Source: a virus (taxonomy: Duplodnaviria > Caudoviricetes). From it: a DNA stretch of 64,000 bases. How positions within the stretch are numbered: the stretch's first letter is position 1; each line of letters begins with the position of its first letter. The notes beneath the pieces are model-generated. The model was not told the DNA's origin, ran no database searches, and saw nothing but the letters and a program-made list of their open reading frames with translations. Both the position numbers and the translations under genes were made by a program. Of the stretch, positions 30,074 to 38,963 are shown piece by piece. The stretch is taken from the IMG/VR virus record IMGVR_UViG_3300035498_000575, positions 1 through 64,000 of that record; one strand, given 5' to 3'.

Positions 30074-30763
30074 TTATGAAGCACGCAATTCAACTTCATC
30101 CACGGTTTTGCTTTCTTCACTCGTTTCATTGTTCTCCCCATCAATAAAGGTTGGAAGTTTAAAACCATCTACGTCTAAATAACTAAAGTTGATGTTCAAA
30201 GCCTCAAAAGACTTCTCTGATAATAGCTTTGTATCAGCTATTTTCTTATCAAGTTTATCTAATACCTTATCATCAATATAGTCTTCATATTCGTTTATGA
30301 ATTTGATATATTCACCATATATTAGGTGAAGCGGTATCTTTATTTTGTCACTAGCATGAACCATCTCATGTACAGTAACGCTTAGTGGTATAAGACCCAC
30401 CATTCCTTGATAATGGAGGTTCATAACCTCCTCAGCTACGATATAATCATCAAAAGCCTCACAATTTGACATGTACTTGTTTAATACAGTTTGTACTATG
30501 TCATACAATGTTAAAGGTTCGTGATGTATTTCGATTTTTATTTTACTGTTATGAGATGATACATTTTGAAAAAATGCGCATTTATCCATATCAAGATTTT
30601 CTTTTAAAAACTTAATGTAGTCCCTATATTCAGGTGATGACCTCACTATGTTTTCAATATTTTTAATCAATCTATCTATGGCTTTATCGTTTGATATATC
30701 AGGGGTATACGTATACCCCTGAGCACTATCTAATTTAACTGTCCTATTTTTCGACATCATCAA
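30074..30763 (-). CDS. HNH/His-Me-finger family protein, paralog 2
   Basis: IEIHHEPLTLYD...IPLSVTVHEMVH; colinear with 23783-24436. Confidence 0.6.
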   Translation of the reverse strand: MMMSKNRTVKLDSAQGYTYTPDISNDKAIDRLIKNIENIVRSSPEYRDYIKFLKENLDMDKCAFFQNVSSHNSKIKIEIHHEPLTLYDIVQTVLNKYMSNCEAFDDYIVAEEVMNLHYQGMVGLIPLSVTVHEMVHASDKIKIPLHLIYGEYIKFINEYEDYIDDKVLDKLDKKIADTKLLSEKSFEALNINFSYLDVDGFKLPTFIDGENNETSEESKTVDEVELRAS

Positions 30764-31373
30764 TCACTTTCTTTCTTTTATTCTTCTTTTGTTCTTCTTT
30801 GGCTTTACGAATCTTCTTGAATATACTGCTTTTAACAAGCTCAGCATTTCTCATCAATATAATCATAAATTCATTTGGCTCAACAACATCATACCATGTA
30901 TCATCGGGATATATCATAATATTATTAGCAACCGCGAATGCTGAATCATTAAAAACATCAAGATGGTCTGAACTAAGAATCGTCGCATATAGAGAATCCA
31001 TACCAAGTGCGCGTAACGCTTCAGCGTACTCATCAGCAAATATATCACAAGGCATATAAGCATAACTGTATCTCATGATTTCTTCTTCAAACCAATCATC
31101 GATACCCATGAGTTCAATATATGTTAATGGTAATTCTATAACTTCACCGTTATTCATTCTTACCTTCTGTAACGTGATTTTTGTATCACTGTATTTTGCA
31201 TCATGGTCTTCGTACTCCTCATAAGTCATCTCGACTTCTTCAACTTTAGTATTCATTTTGGTAAATATCTCTTGGCGTATTTCATACATCCTACGTGAAG
31301 ATGCCCAATTCGCTATGACACGGCATTTGTTATCACCGTAATCATAATCTTCGTATGCGACATAAATTTTCAT
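30744..31373 (-). CDS. Hypothetical protein
   Basis: GGAGGT RBS. Confidence 0.6.
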   Translation of the reverse strand: MKIYVAYEDYDYGDNKCRVIANWASSRRMYEIRQEIFTKMNTKVEEVEMTYEEYEDHDAKYSDTKITLQKVRMNNGEVIELPLTYIELMGIDDWFEEEIMRYSYAYMPCDIFADEYAEALRALGMDSLYATILSSDHLDVFNDSAFAVANNIMIYPDDTWYDVVEPNEFMIILMRNAELVKSSIFKKIRKAKEEQKKNKRKKVIDDVEK

Positions 31374-31394
31374 ACTAAATTACCTCCATAAGTA

Positions 31395-31556
31395 TTATTC
31401 TTTAATAAATTCTTTTAAATCCATTAAATCAGAGCGAACTGACTTAATAGATATAACATCAGACGTTACATACTTAAGAAATGTTAGCAGCTCATTCAAG
31501 CTTTTCTCACTTGCATTTTCTGTTTCGTCTTCCTTAACTATACAGTCATCATACAT
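31395..31556 (-). CDS. Small hypothetical protein
   Basis: AAGGAG RBS before MYDD; early-type motif at 31581-31592. Confidence 0.5.
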   Translation of the reverse strand: MYDDCIVKEDETENASEKSLNELLTFLKYVTSDVISIKSVRSDLMDLKEFIKE

Positions 31557-31680
31557 AATTATCAACTCCTTTTCCAATTATATAATATATAATTGAAATA
31601 ACATATAACAACGTGACCTATCAAAGATCGCGTTGTTATATTAATCTATAATATGATTGGAGGCCATCTAGTATATATCA

Positions 31681-32139
31681 TTAACCTTGAGCTTCTTCGT
31701 CATCATCACTTTCATTACTAACACTTTCGATAAAGTCCATATCAAGACCATCTTCAGAATCCTTCATACATCTCATAACTTTATCAGCAGTGATCGCTGC
31801 TTTAGTGAAGCTATTATTCTTCCACCAACATATGCCTGAAATTATAACAGTAGCAATTGAACTAACCGCATCATAAACAGCGTCGTTATTTAATCTAAGT
31901 GACATGATACCTGTGGAACATAGAATTTGATTCACAAGGACTATCACTAAAACTACTGTTCTAACTATAACTGCATATGAAGCTAAATTACTAGAAGAAT
32001 CTACTTTATCTAGATTAACAACTATCTTCTTATTAGAAGTTGACTCTGTGACAGTTTCTGTTTCATCAATATTCTCAGTTTCTGGTTCAGTAGTCTCAAC
32101 CTCCGATGTCTCTTCATTATATGTATTCTCATCTATCAT
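31681..32139 (-). CDS. Holin, SPP1 family, with acidic terminal extensions
   Basis: RTVVLVIVLVNQIL...WWKNNSFTKAAITAD. Confidence 0.85.
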   Translation of the reverse strand: MIDENTYNEETSEVETTEPETENIDETETVTESTSNKKIVVNLDKVDSSSNLASYAVIVRTVVLVIVLVNQILCSTGIMSLRLNNDAVYDAVSSIATVIISGICWWKNNSFTKAAITADKVMRCMKDSEDGLDMDFIESVSNESDDDEEAQG

Positions 32140-32286
32140 ATAATCATCTCCTAACTTATATTATTTACTAATATGTTACGCAACTTTTATTTTTTTCATT
32201 TAAATTAACAATTGATTATATATTATATAGATAGATATGAGTCAGTACTCATATAAACTAAAATTAAATTTGGAGGTAATTCTAAT

Positions 32287-33210
32287 ATGAAAACTATGAA
32301 TGACAAGAGTAAGGAAATAAAGAACTGGTGTGATGATAATAATTGTTGTTTAGACATCATGAATGACGTTGCTGGTCAAGAAGACTATAGACAGATTTCC
32401 GGTTCACTTGCTTTTAAGTATACTGGCAAAGTTCTTCGTGTACCTTCTGGTGTACATAAAATTGCAACAGGTGCTTTCTATTCTGGTACTTGGGATAGAT
32501 TAGAAGAAATCTACCTACCAGCTACAATACACGACATCGGTGAATACATCGTTCGTCCAAATGTTGTCGTACATGTTAATACGGCAAGTCCAGTATTCGA
32601 TATACTAAACGATGACATGTATAAAAAATACCGTATTAGGATATGGACAGATTCTGAGGTTGATGATTCTACACTCGAAAGTGCACTTAATAAAATGAGA
32701 GTGCTATTTCACGCGCTAAATAATACCACTAAAGAATTAAAAGAAGTTCTATCTGACGTAAATCTATACAAACAAGTCATCTGCCGTTCTATTAAAGAAA
32801 CACTCAATAATGCTGGTAAACTCATGAGCAAACGTGCAGCATCATATAGAGATTCAACGAATGAGGAGGACAGAGAACACATCATTAAAATTAATGAAGA
32901 TTTAATGATAATAATCAATGCAACACATGATATTATCACTAAATTAAGTGAGTATTCTATTTTACTTGATGAGCAGTATTCTTGGAATATTGATTCTTTT
33001 ACATATTTAGATATCATAAGATATATGGAAATCATTAATGAACCAAATCAAACTGAAGATTCACAGCAAGAGGCAAAGCGCATCTACAAAACAACAACTT
33101 GTAGCTATGACGAGAGGTTTCTAAAAAGAGTGTATTCTATACATTTAAAAGAAGTCAAAATACTACGTAATATAGCAGATGCCAAGAGTAATATAATGAG
33201 TATAGAATAA
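32287..33210 (+). CDS. Protein with a short BspA-type leucine-rich repeat and helical C-terminus
   Basis: LRVPSGVHKIATGAFY...LEEIYLPATIHDIGE. Confidence 0.5.
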   Translation: MKTMNDKSKEIKNWCDDNNCCLDIMNDVAGQEDYRQISGSLAFKYTGKVLRVPSGVHKIATGAFYSGTWDRLEEIYLPATIHDIGEYIVRPNVVVHVNTASPVFDILNDDMYKKYRIRIWTDSEVDDSTLESALNKMRVLFHALNNTTKELKEVLSDVNLYKQVICRSIKETLNNAGKLMSKRAASYRDSTNEEDREHIIKINEDLMIIINATHDIITKLSEYSILLDEQYSWNIDSFTYLDIIRYMEIINEPNQTEDSQQEAKRIYKTTTCSYDERFLKRVYSIHLKEVKILRNIADAKSNIMSIE

Positions 33211-33245
33211 TCAATAATTCGTAAATGTAGAAGGAGGTTGTCGTT

Positions 33246-33929
33246 ATGGGCGATACTTACATATACATAGCAGGCAGAGGTGGTGTTGGAAAGGATACTG
33301 TATATAGAGAAATACAACGTATAATCGAGCAGGTAATTCCTAATACAGTTGACTTCAACATTCCAATTACAACACGAAAGAAACGTGAAAACGAGACAGA
33401 CGGTGTAGATTATATGTTCCTCAGCGATGATGAGTTCTCGAAGTTAGTACTAGAAAACAGAGTAGCATCTAGACAAGATTTTGTCCTTTCTGATGGTTCA
33501 AAAGTTTTCTATGGTAATCTATTTCCAGACCAGACAAAAAATATACACATACGAATAAGCACATTCGAAACAATACGACAAGAGGCGTGTGACTTAGTAA
33601 AGGAACCCGATTCAATATTTGTGTTTAACATAGTCCTTCCACCTAAGAAACTGGCGGAAAGAATATATAATCGTGCTGTTAGCAAGAACCTCGATATGCA
33701 TGAGGTTATACGAAGAGCTATAACTGATGGTGAAGATTTCTCACTGGAACAATTCAAGAATCTAGAATTGTACTTAAAAAGTAATCATCGCCAAGTTGTA
33801 ATGAAACGTATTCCAAACACACTAGAACCTAGCTCAACAGCAATGTCTATAATTTACATTCTACAGGCATTTGGCATCATCGATGTTATTAAAAACGTAG
33901 ACCGCCAATGTTTATATGGATTAAATTAG
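33246..33929 (+). CDS. gmk: Guanylate kinase-like protein
   Basis: GRGGVGKDT P-loop; TTRKKRENETDGVDYMFLS. Confidence 0.85.
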   Translation: MGDTYIYIAGRGGVGKDTVYREIQRIIEQVIPNTVDFNIPITTRKKRENETDGVDYMFLSDDEFSKLVLENRVASRQDFVLSDGSKVFYGNLFPDQTKNIHIRISTFETIRQEACDLVKEPDSIFVFNIVLPPKKLAERIYNRAVSKNLDMHEVIRRAITDGEDFSLEQFKNLELYLKSNHRQVVMKRIPNTLEPSSTAMSIIYILQAFGIIDVIKNVDRQCLYGLN

Positions 33930-33971
33930 GCAGTAATAACCTAGAGTACAATTGTACTCTAGGTTATTTTT

Positions 33972-35057
33972 TTACTTCTTTATCTTTATATTAATAATTC
34001 TCTCTTGTTCTCTGTCAATAATGGTTACGACTGCATTATCATATTGTGTTACAGTCTTCTGCTCTCTCTTTATCTTTTCAATTTCATTATCAGACTTATC
34101 TGTTTTTTCTTTTTTACCTTTTAAGTCTTCCTTTGTTATATAGCAGTCGCTAACGTATTTCATATACGATGTTATCGCATTTTTAATATCATTTTTAACT
34201 GAATTACTCTCCGACTTTACTTCCCTGAGCTTCTGTTCAGGCTTATCTATTTTATTGTTGTTTATTGTGTTTTCTATCTTCTTAGATACATCTTCCTTCT
34301 TCGTATTATCAATGATGCATCTTGTCTTATCATTATCATTATTATTCTTTGTATGAACTGTAATTCTCTTAATATTACATACTGAATCCCCATATACATG
34401 AGAGTTCATAACAAATAGTGACTTATGCCCACCATAAAGATTAATGATTGACTCTATAGAGACAGAGTTCATGAATAAAAGTAAATTATAGTTCATAAGC
34501 AAGCATCTAGTATTTCCAATATCAGATACTAGTAGTGCTTCACCGATACTAATGTTACATCTTTTAAATAGAGTGTATCTGTCAATATCAATAATAACCG
34601 GTATTAGGATGACATACTTTTCCCATCTCCAACTACGTGTGTAATTATAATCATGGGAAGCCAAGCTAGTGTTATATTGTAGTAAATGATATTGATTAAG
34701 GTCAACATTATTACCTACTTTTTTAATCAAATCATTGGCACGATCACATAGTACATCAGATACATTCTCAATTACTCCCTCAACTTCCGAACAATATGCT
34801 TTTACGTAGTCAGTGATCTTAAAAAAGCTTTCTTCTGCAGCTTTTCTAATACGGTTACCATTCTTGTCGCGTGATATTGAATATGATAGATATGCTACAT
34901 GTCTACGACCACTTATTGTATCATTCTTTATGTCATTCATATACTCTGTAACATTATCTAGACAACTATATATACCACCTGTAGTTGTCATATTTTTCTT
35001 GACATAGTCCGAAGTCCTCACAATAATTTCGTCGTTACAAATAAAATCGTTGCACAT
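33972..35057 (-). CDS. Hypothetical protein
   Basis: GGAGGT RBS; AACA-N6-TA at 35107-35118. Confidence 0.55.
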   Translation of the reverse strand: MCNDFICNDEIIVRTSDYVKKNMTTTGGIYSCLDNVTEYMNDIKNDTISGRRHVAYLSYSISRDKNGNRIRKAAEESFFKITDYVKAYCSEVEGVIENVSDVLCDRANDLIKKVGNNVDLNQYHLLQYNTSLASHDYNYTRSWRWEKYVILIPVIIDIDRYTLFKRCNISIGEALLVSDIGNTRCLLMNYNLLLFMNSVSIESIINLYGGHKSLFVMNSHVYGDSVCNIKRITVHTKNNNDNDKTRCIIDNTKKEDVSKKIENTINNNKIDKPEQKLREVKSESNSVKNDIKNAITSYMKYVSDCYITKEDLKGKKEKTDKSDNEIEKIKREQKTVTQYDNAVVTIIDREQERIINIKIKK

Positions 35058-35145
35058 AAATTATACCTCCAATTTGTTTTGTGTTATGATGAACTTTATT
35101 CGTTCATACTTAATTGTTACCTCGTTATTTTTTAAATAATTAATA

Positions 35146-35487
35146 TTATACAAATCTAGTTACAGGTTCTTTATCAGTGTAAAGTGCTGGATAATCTGCA
35201 TCTGCCACGTCACTATCATTTGTAGATTCATAGCATACAATTAGAACATAGTGCTCTTCTGGGCACATTAATGATCGTGTTGGGTTATAAAGTTTATTAT
35301 CATGAATAAACATAGGCTTCCATGAATAACCCCAATCGACAGTTGGACTGTTATATGGTACTTCAATCCATCTCTCCTTATGTTGTTTTATATATGCCCA
35401 GCAGTCTACATCAGATTGTAAGGGAACCATATTCATACCACTTTGTTCTTTCCAACTAATTAAAAATAAATACATTTTATCTTCCAT
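35146..35487 (-). CDS. Hypothetical protein
   Basis: AAGGAG RBS; AACA-N6-TA at 35517-35528. Confidence 0.55.
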   Translation of the reverse strand: MEDKMYLFLISWKEQSGMNMVPLQSDVDCWAYIKQHKERWIEVPYNSPTVDWGYSWKPMFIHDNKLYNPTRSLMCPEEHYVLIVCYESTNDSDVADADYPALYTDKEPVTRFV

Positions 35488-35580
35488 GTATAACAATCTC
35501 CTTTCATTTTTAACTTTACATCATTGTTCGATTTACAATTTATTAACCAAATAAACTAAAATTAATGGAGGTAATTAATT

Positions 35581-36672
35581 ATGGAACTTAGGGATAATTG
35601 CGTAAAGACATGGGGATTCGATAAAGTCCTAGCTATGTATGAAGAGATTCATAAGGTTAATCCAACACTAGCATTTTCTTCTAGAGGATCTGAGGTTCTT
35701 AATGAGCTAATGGTAAATATCACAATTCACAACATGACATTTATTGAATTCTTGACACTAAAAAACATAACTAAGTCAATATTGATATTGGACACGAAAA
35801 TTAATAAGTATTATTATCCAGAAAACGGTGAAGAAGTTTTTAGTATACTTAGTAAATTAAATAATGACGTTATGAGTAATGCTAGTAATATAAATGACCC
35901 ACTATCATTATTACCAATAAACGCTTTTACCTTAGATGTGTCTGCATCTTTTTCAGGAACTCAGTTATTACTATTTTCAAGCGGAACTATTGACAGCTTA
36001 TTAATGAAAAATAATAAGCTACTGACATTAGAAGAAGTTGAAAAAGGAATTCTAGATAGCTTTCCTGCAGCATTTTTTAGCTTCATGAATAAGTTTTTAT
36101 CAGGTTCAGATTTCGTCTCTGAATTAATGGTAAATTCCATGGTTTACGATTATTGTGATAAAGGAAAAAGTGATAGCTTAACAGTTGTTCGTGTTAGGGG
36201 TACAAATGATATTATTCAGTTCTCAGGCGGTGATGAAGCATCTATTTCTTCGGCGTTTAAAAATATGAAAGAGACTAGAACTATACAGGATGCCTCAATG
36301 GTTCTCTCATGTTATTCAAATCTTTCAACCTATGCACAATTTGTTTTATATTCGGATTATGTAACAGGAAACGTACCATTAAGAAACCTATTAGGACTTG
36401 ATAAATTTGGAGTAGATCCAAACCTAATGAGTACACACAAAAATAGAATAGTTGATGTTATGAAGAAATTTATGGTTGAGCGTCATAAGACATTATCAGA
36501 TCCAAAATATTCATTGATAAAATATTGCTGGTTATTATGCTCTGATAAAATAAACTATGAACTCACAATACCTCTAAGAGATGTGGAGAGTATTGAAAAC
36601 ATAAATAGGCTAGCTGATAATCATATTGACTCAATGATAAAGGAAATTAAGAAAGTTCAGATATTCATATGA
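35581..36672 (+). CDS. Hypothetical protein, possibly a degenerate tandem ThyX fold
   Basis: Segments echo the ThyX layout twice (DPLSLLPINA; SNLSTYAQ; KYCWLL...LTIPLRD) but there is no RHR motif. Confidence 0.35.
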   Translation: MELRDNCVKTWGFDKVLAMYEEIHKVNPTLAFSSRGSEVLNELMVNITIHNMTFIEFLTLKNITKSILILDTKINKYYYPENGEEVFSILSKLNNDVMSNASNINDPLSLLPINAFTLDVSASFSGTQLLLFSSGTIDSLLMKNNKLLTLEEVEKGILDSFPAAFFSFMNKFLSGSDFVSELMVNSMVYDYCDKGKSDSLTVVRVRGTNDIIQFSGGDEASISSAFKNMKETRTIQDASMVLSCYSNLSTYAQFVLYSDYVTGNVPLRNLLGLDKFGVDPNLMSTHKNRIVDVMKKFMVERHKTLSDPKYSLIKYCWLLCSDKINYELTIPLRDVESIENINRLADNHIDSMIKEIKKVQIFI

Positions 36673-36675
36673 TGA

Positions 36676-36713
36676 AAATAAGATATACACCAATTAAGGT
36701 GTATATCTTATTT
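36676..36713 (+). terminator. Intrinsic terminator
   Basis: AAATAAGATATACACC-aattaa-GGTGTATATCTTATTT. Confidence 0.75.
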
Positions 36714-36907
36714 GCTATGCTTTAATCAATATAGGAGATTGCCTTTTAAAATGTAAAGGTAGGTTTCTTCATATCAGTTATTAAATTAACTGTTAATATA
36801 TAAAAATTTAATTATGGTCACTTTTTAAAAGTACGGAATTTTCCGTAATTGAGTTATTTTTGAAAAATTTTTTGCATACTATTATCGTATTATAGCTATA
36901 ACTCTCA

Positions 36908-37098
36908 TCCGGCTTGGGGCTTCGCCCCTTACCCCTGCCGCCAGGCGTACCCTTCAGGACCTACTTACCTACACTATATTAAAATATTATATATATGTAA
37001 AAAAATTTTTTTTATTTTTTGATCATTTTTTTAAATAGAAAATGAAGTTAAAAATATATAAAAAAAATGGGGTGGGGTTATCCCTTCGGGAAGCCAGA
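36908..37098. other. Pair of mirror-arranged GC-rich hairpin modules flanking a mostly A/T spacer
   Basis: Left TCCGGCTT-GGGGC(TTC)GCCCC-TTACCCC; right (reverse complement) TCTGGCT-TCCC(GAA)GGGA-TAACCCC. Confidence 0.6.
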
Positions 37099-37187
37099 TT
37101 TAAAAAAGTAATTATGATTAACATTTAGTTAGGATAGATATATTTTTCTAAGTCTATCTATAAAAATAATAAAAGGAGGTGAAAAAT

Positions 37188-38597
37188 ATGAATAGAAATC
37201 TTAGTTATACAAAAATAAGATTATATCCAAATATGAATACATTCAGAAAACTAAAAGTAATGACAGATTATTATTCTGAGTGGTATAATGAAAAATATGT
37301 TTCATTCAGTGGCAATGAGAATAAATATGAATCATGTAATTTACACTACAAATATAATTCTAAGCCATATGATATAGAAGAAACTAAAAAGTTATCTAAT
37401 ACTTTCTGTATACCTAATTCATGGGTATCTATGGAGTATGGTGAAATAACTAATATGAAGGATATGTTATCAACAAGAAGAATGTATAGATACATAAACT
37501 TCAATCCAGATAGAATATCAGTAGAATTAAGTTCTGATGGAAAAAGATGTAACTTAAGAATAACTGAGCATAATAATTTAACTATCGCTATTAATGATAG
37601 ACGATTTAATATATATGATGAAGATCATTTTCTAGGTCTTCAAACTGACAGTATAAAGTCATGTAGGATAGTAATGTATGATAGTCATGAAGGTGATATC
37701 AATACATTGAATAGATATAAATTCTATTTAGTGCTTGGTTTTCAATGTGTAGACATTACTCCAGCCAGAAAACAATATGAAAAGTTTGTCAATGAAAATG
37801 AGCATGTTGGTTTGGATGTAGGAGTTTCAAATTTATGTACGTTATCAAAACCAGTTACAATAAACGGAAAAACTACTAGGCTAATAAAATGGCCCAGTAA
37901 GAATCTAAAATTAAAACATCATATTTATGTATTACGTGATAAATTGACTAAGTTAACAAATAGAAAGAGGTCAGTAATGTATAAATCTGGTCAGCGAATG
38001 CCTAGAATTAAAGACATGATGACATCAGATGAGGAACTATCTAAGTTATATTACGAATTACGTAGATGTGAAGAAAAACTGATGAATCAAAGAAGAACTT
38101 TTATACAAAACTTTGTTAGATATTTATTCAGCGTTTATCCTGTTGTATGTATGGAACATGACTTACGCTGGAGATCGCAATATCAAAACACAATTAAATA
38201 TTTTTCATTCATGATTTCATGCGGTGACTATCTACAGTCGTACATAAAATCATATGTTAGAAAGCATGGATATGTTGTGGTTCAAACACCAAGACAATTT
38301 AGTAGTTCACACTGCTGTTCAACAGTGTTGGAATACGATTTGAATGGTAGACCTATATCATTTTGTAATGGATATATCAGTACAACAAATTTGCCTATAA
38401 GTAAACGTGATTGGAGATGTCCTAAATGTGGTGCATATCACAATAGAGATATCAACGCAGCTAGAAACATAGAGCAAGTTGGTGACATGTGCATAGATTA
38501 CAAGTTGATTAACGGAAGATACCCAACTAAAAACGTTCATGTGATTACAGGAAAATTAAGATACAAAAAACCAATGTCATACGAATGGTTAAATTAA
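37188..38597 (+). CDS. tnpB: TnpB-like (IS200/IS605 OrfB, Cas12f-related) RuvC nuclease, full length
   Basis: KIRLYPN N-terminus; VGLDVG (RuvC-I); VCMEHDL (RuvC-II); SSHCCS...CPKCG Zn finger; HNRDINAARNI (RuvC-III); AGGAGG RBS. Confidence 0.88.
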   Translation: MNRNLSYTKIRLYPNMNTFRKLKVMTDYYSEWYNEKYVSFSGNENKYESCNLHYKYNSKPYDIEETKKLSNTFCIPNSWVSMEYGEITNMKDMLSTRRMYRYINFNPDRISVELSSDGKRCNLRITEHNNLTIAINDRRFNIYDEDHFLGLQTDSIKSCRIVMYDSHEGDINTLNRYKFYLVLGFQCVDITPARKQYEKFVNENEHVGLDVGVSNLCTLSKPVTINGKTTRLIKWPSKNLKLKHHIYVLRDKLTKLTNRKRSVMYKSGQRMPRIKDMMTSDEELSKLYYELRRCEEKLMNQRRTFIQNFVRYLFSVYPVVCMEHDLRWRSQYQNTIKYFSFMISCGDYLQSYIKSYVRKHGYVVVQTPRQFSSSHCCSTVLEYDLNGRPISFCNGYISTTNLPISKRDWRCPKCGAYHNRDINAARNIEQVGDMCIDYKLINGRYPTKNVHVITGKLRYKKPMSYEWLN

Positions 38598-38716
38598 ACA
38601 ACGATGGAATCTTTAAGATTTCGGAAGGTACAAAGCCTAAATTCTTTGTAAAAACATATAAGTTGTCCCAAGGTGTTGACGCACCTTGGGACTCAATTAG
38701 CCTCGCCTATTTTCAT
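38598..38716 (+). ncRNA. Candidate omegaRNA/right-end RNA for the TnpB-like protein
   Basis: Consecutive hairpins after the stop codon, ending GTCCCAAGGTG-ttgacg-CACCTTGGGAC-TCAA. Confidence 0.4.
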
Positions 38717-38963
38717 AACAGTTACATCAAGGATTTTACATGCTATACTAAGGCAAAACTATACTAGTAACTGATATGTTAAATGTTTTCACATCGCTAA
38801 TTCGAAAGATATAAATCTTTACTAAAATGTTATATGTATCTGCAAATTTTAATATCTTAATCTATCAAAAATGCGTACATTTAGCCGATTTTTATATTTA
38901 TGTATAAGATAAAAACAATCCTGTAATAAGAAATAAATCTATAATATTTATGAGGTGATTAAA

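Noticed and set aside
36901-36970. tRNA gene in the GC-rich patch
   Set aside because: No cloverleaf, T-loop GTTCRA or acceptor stem could be built
38585-38767. 60-aa ORF downstream of tnpB
   Set aside because: No RBS, and it overlaps the hairpin-rich candidate RNA; more likely non-coding
36700-38960. CRISPR array next to the Cas12f/TnpB-like gene
   Set aside because: No regularly spaced direct repeats on either side and no cas1/cas2 in the window
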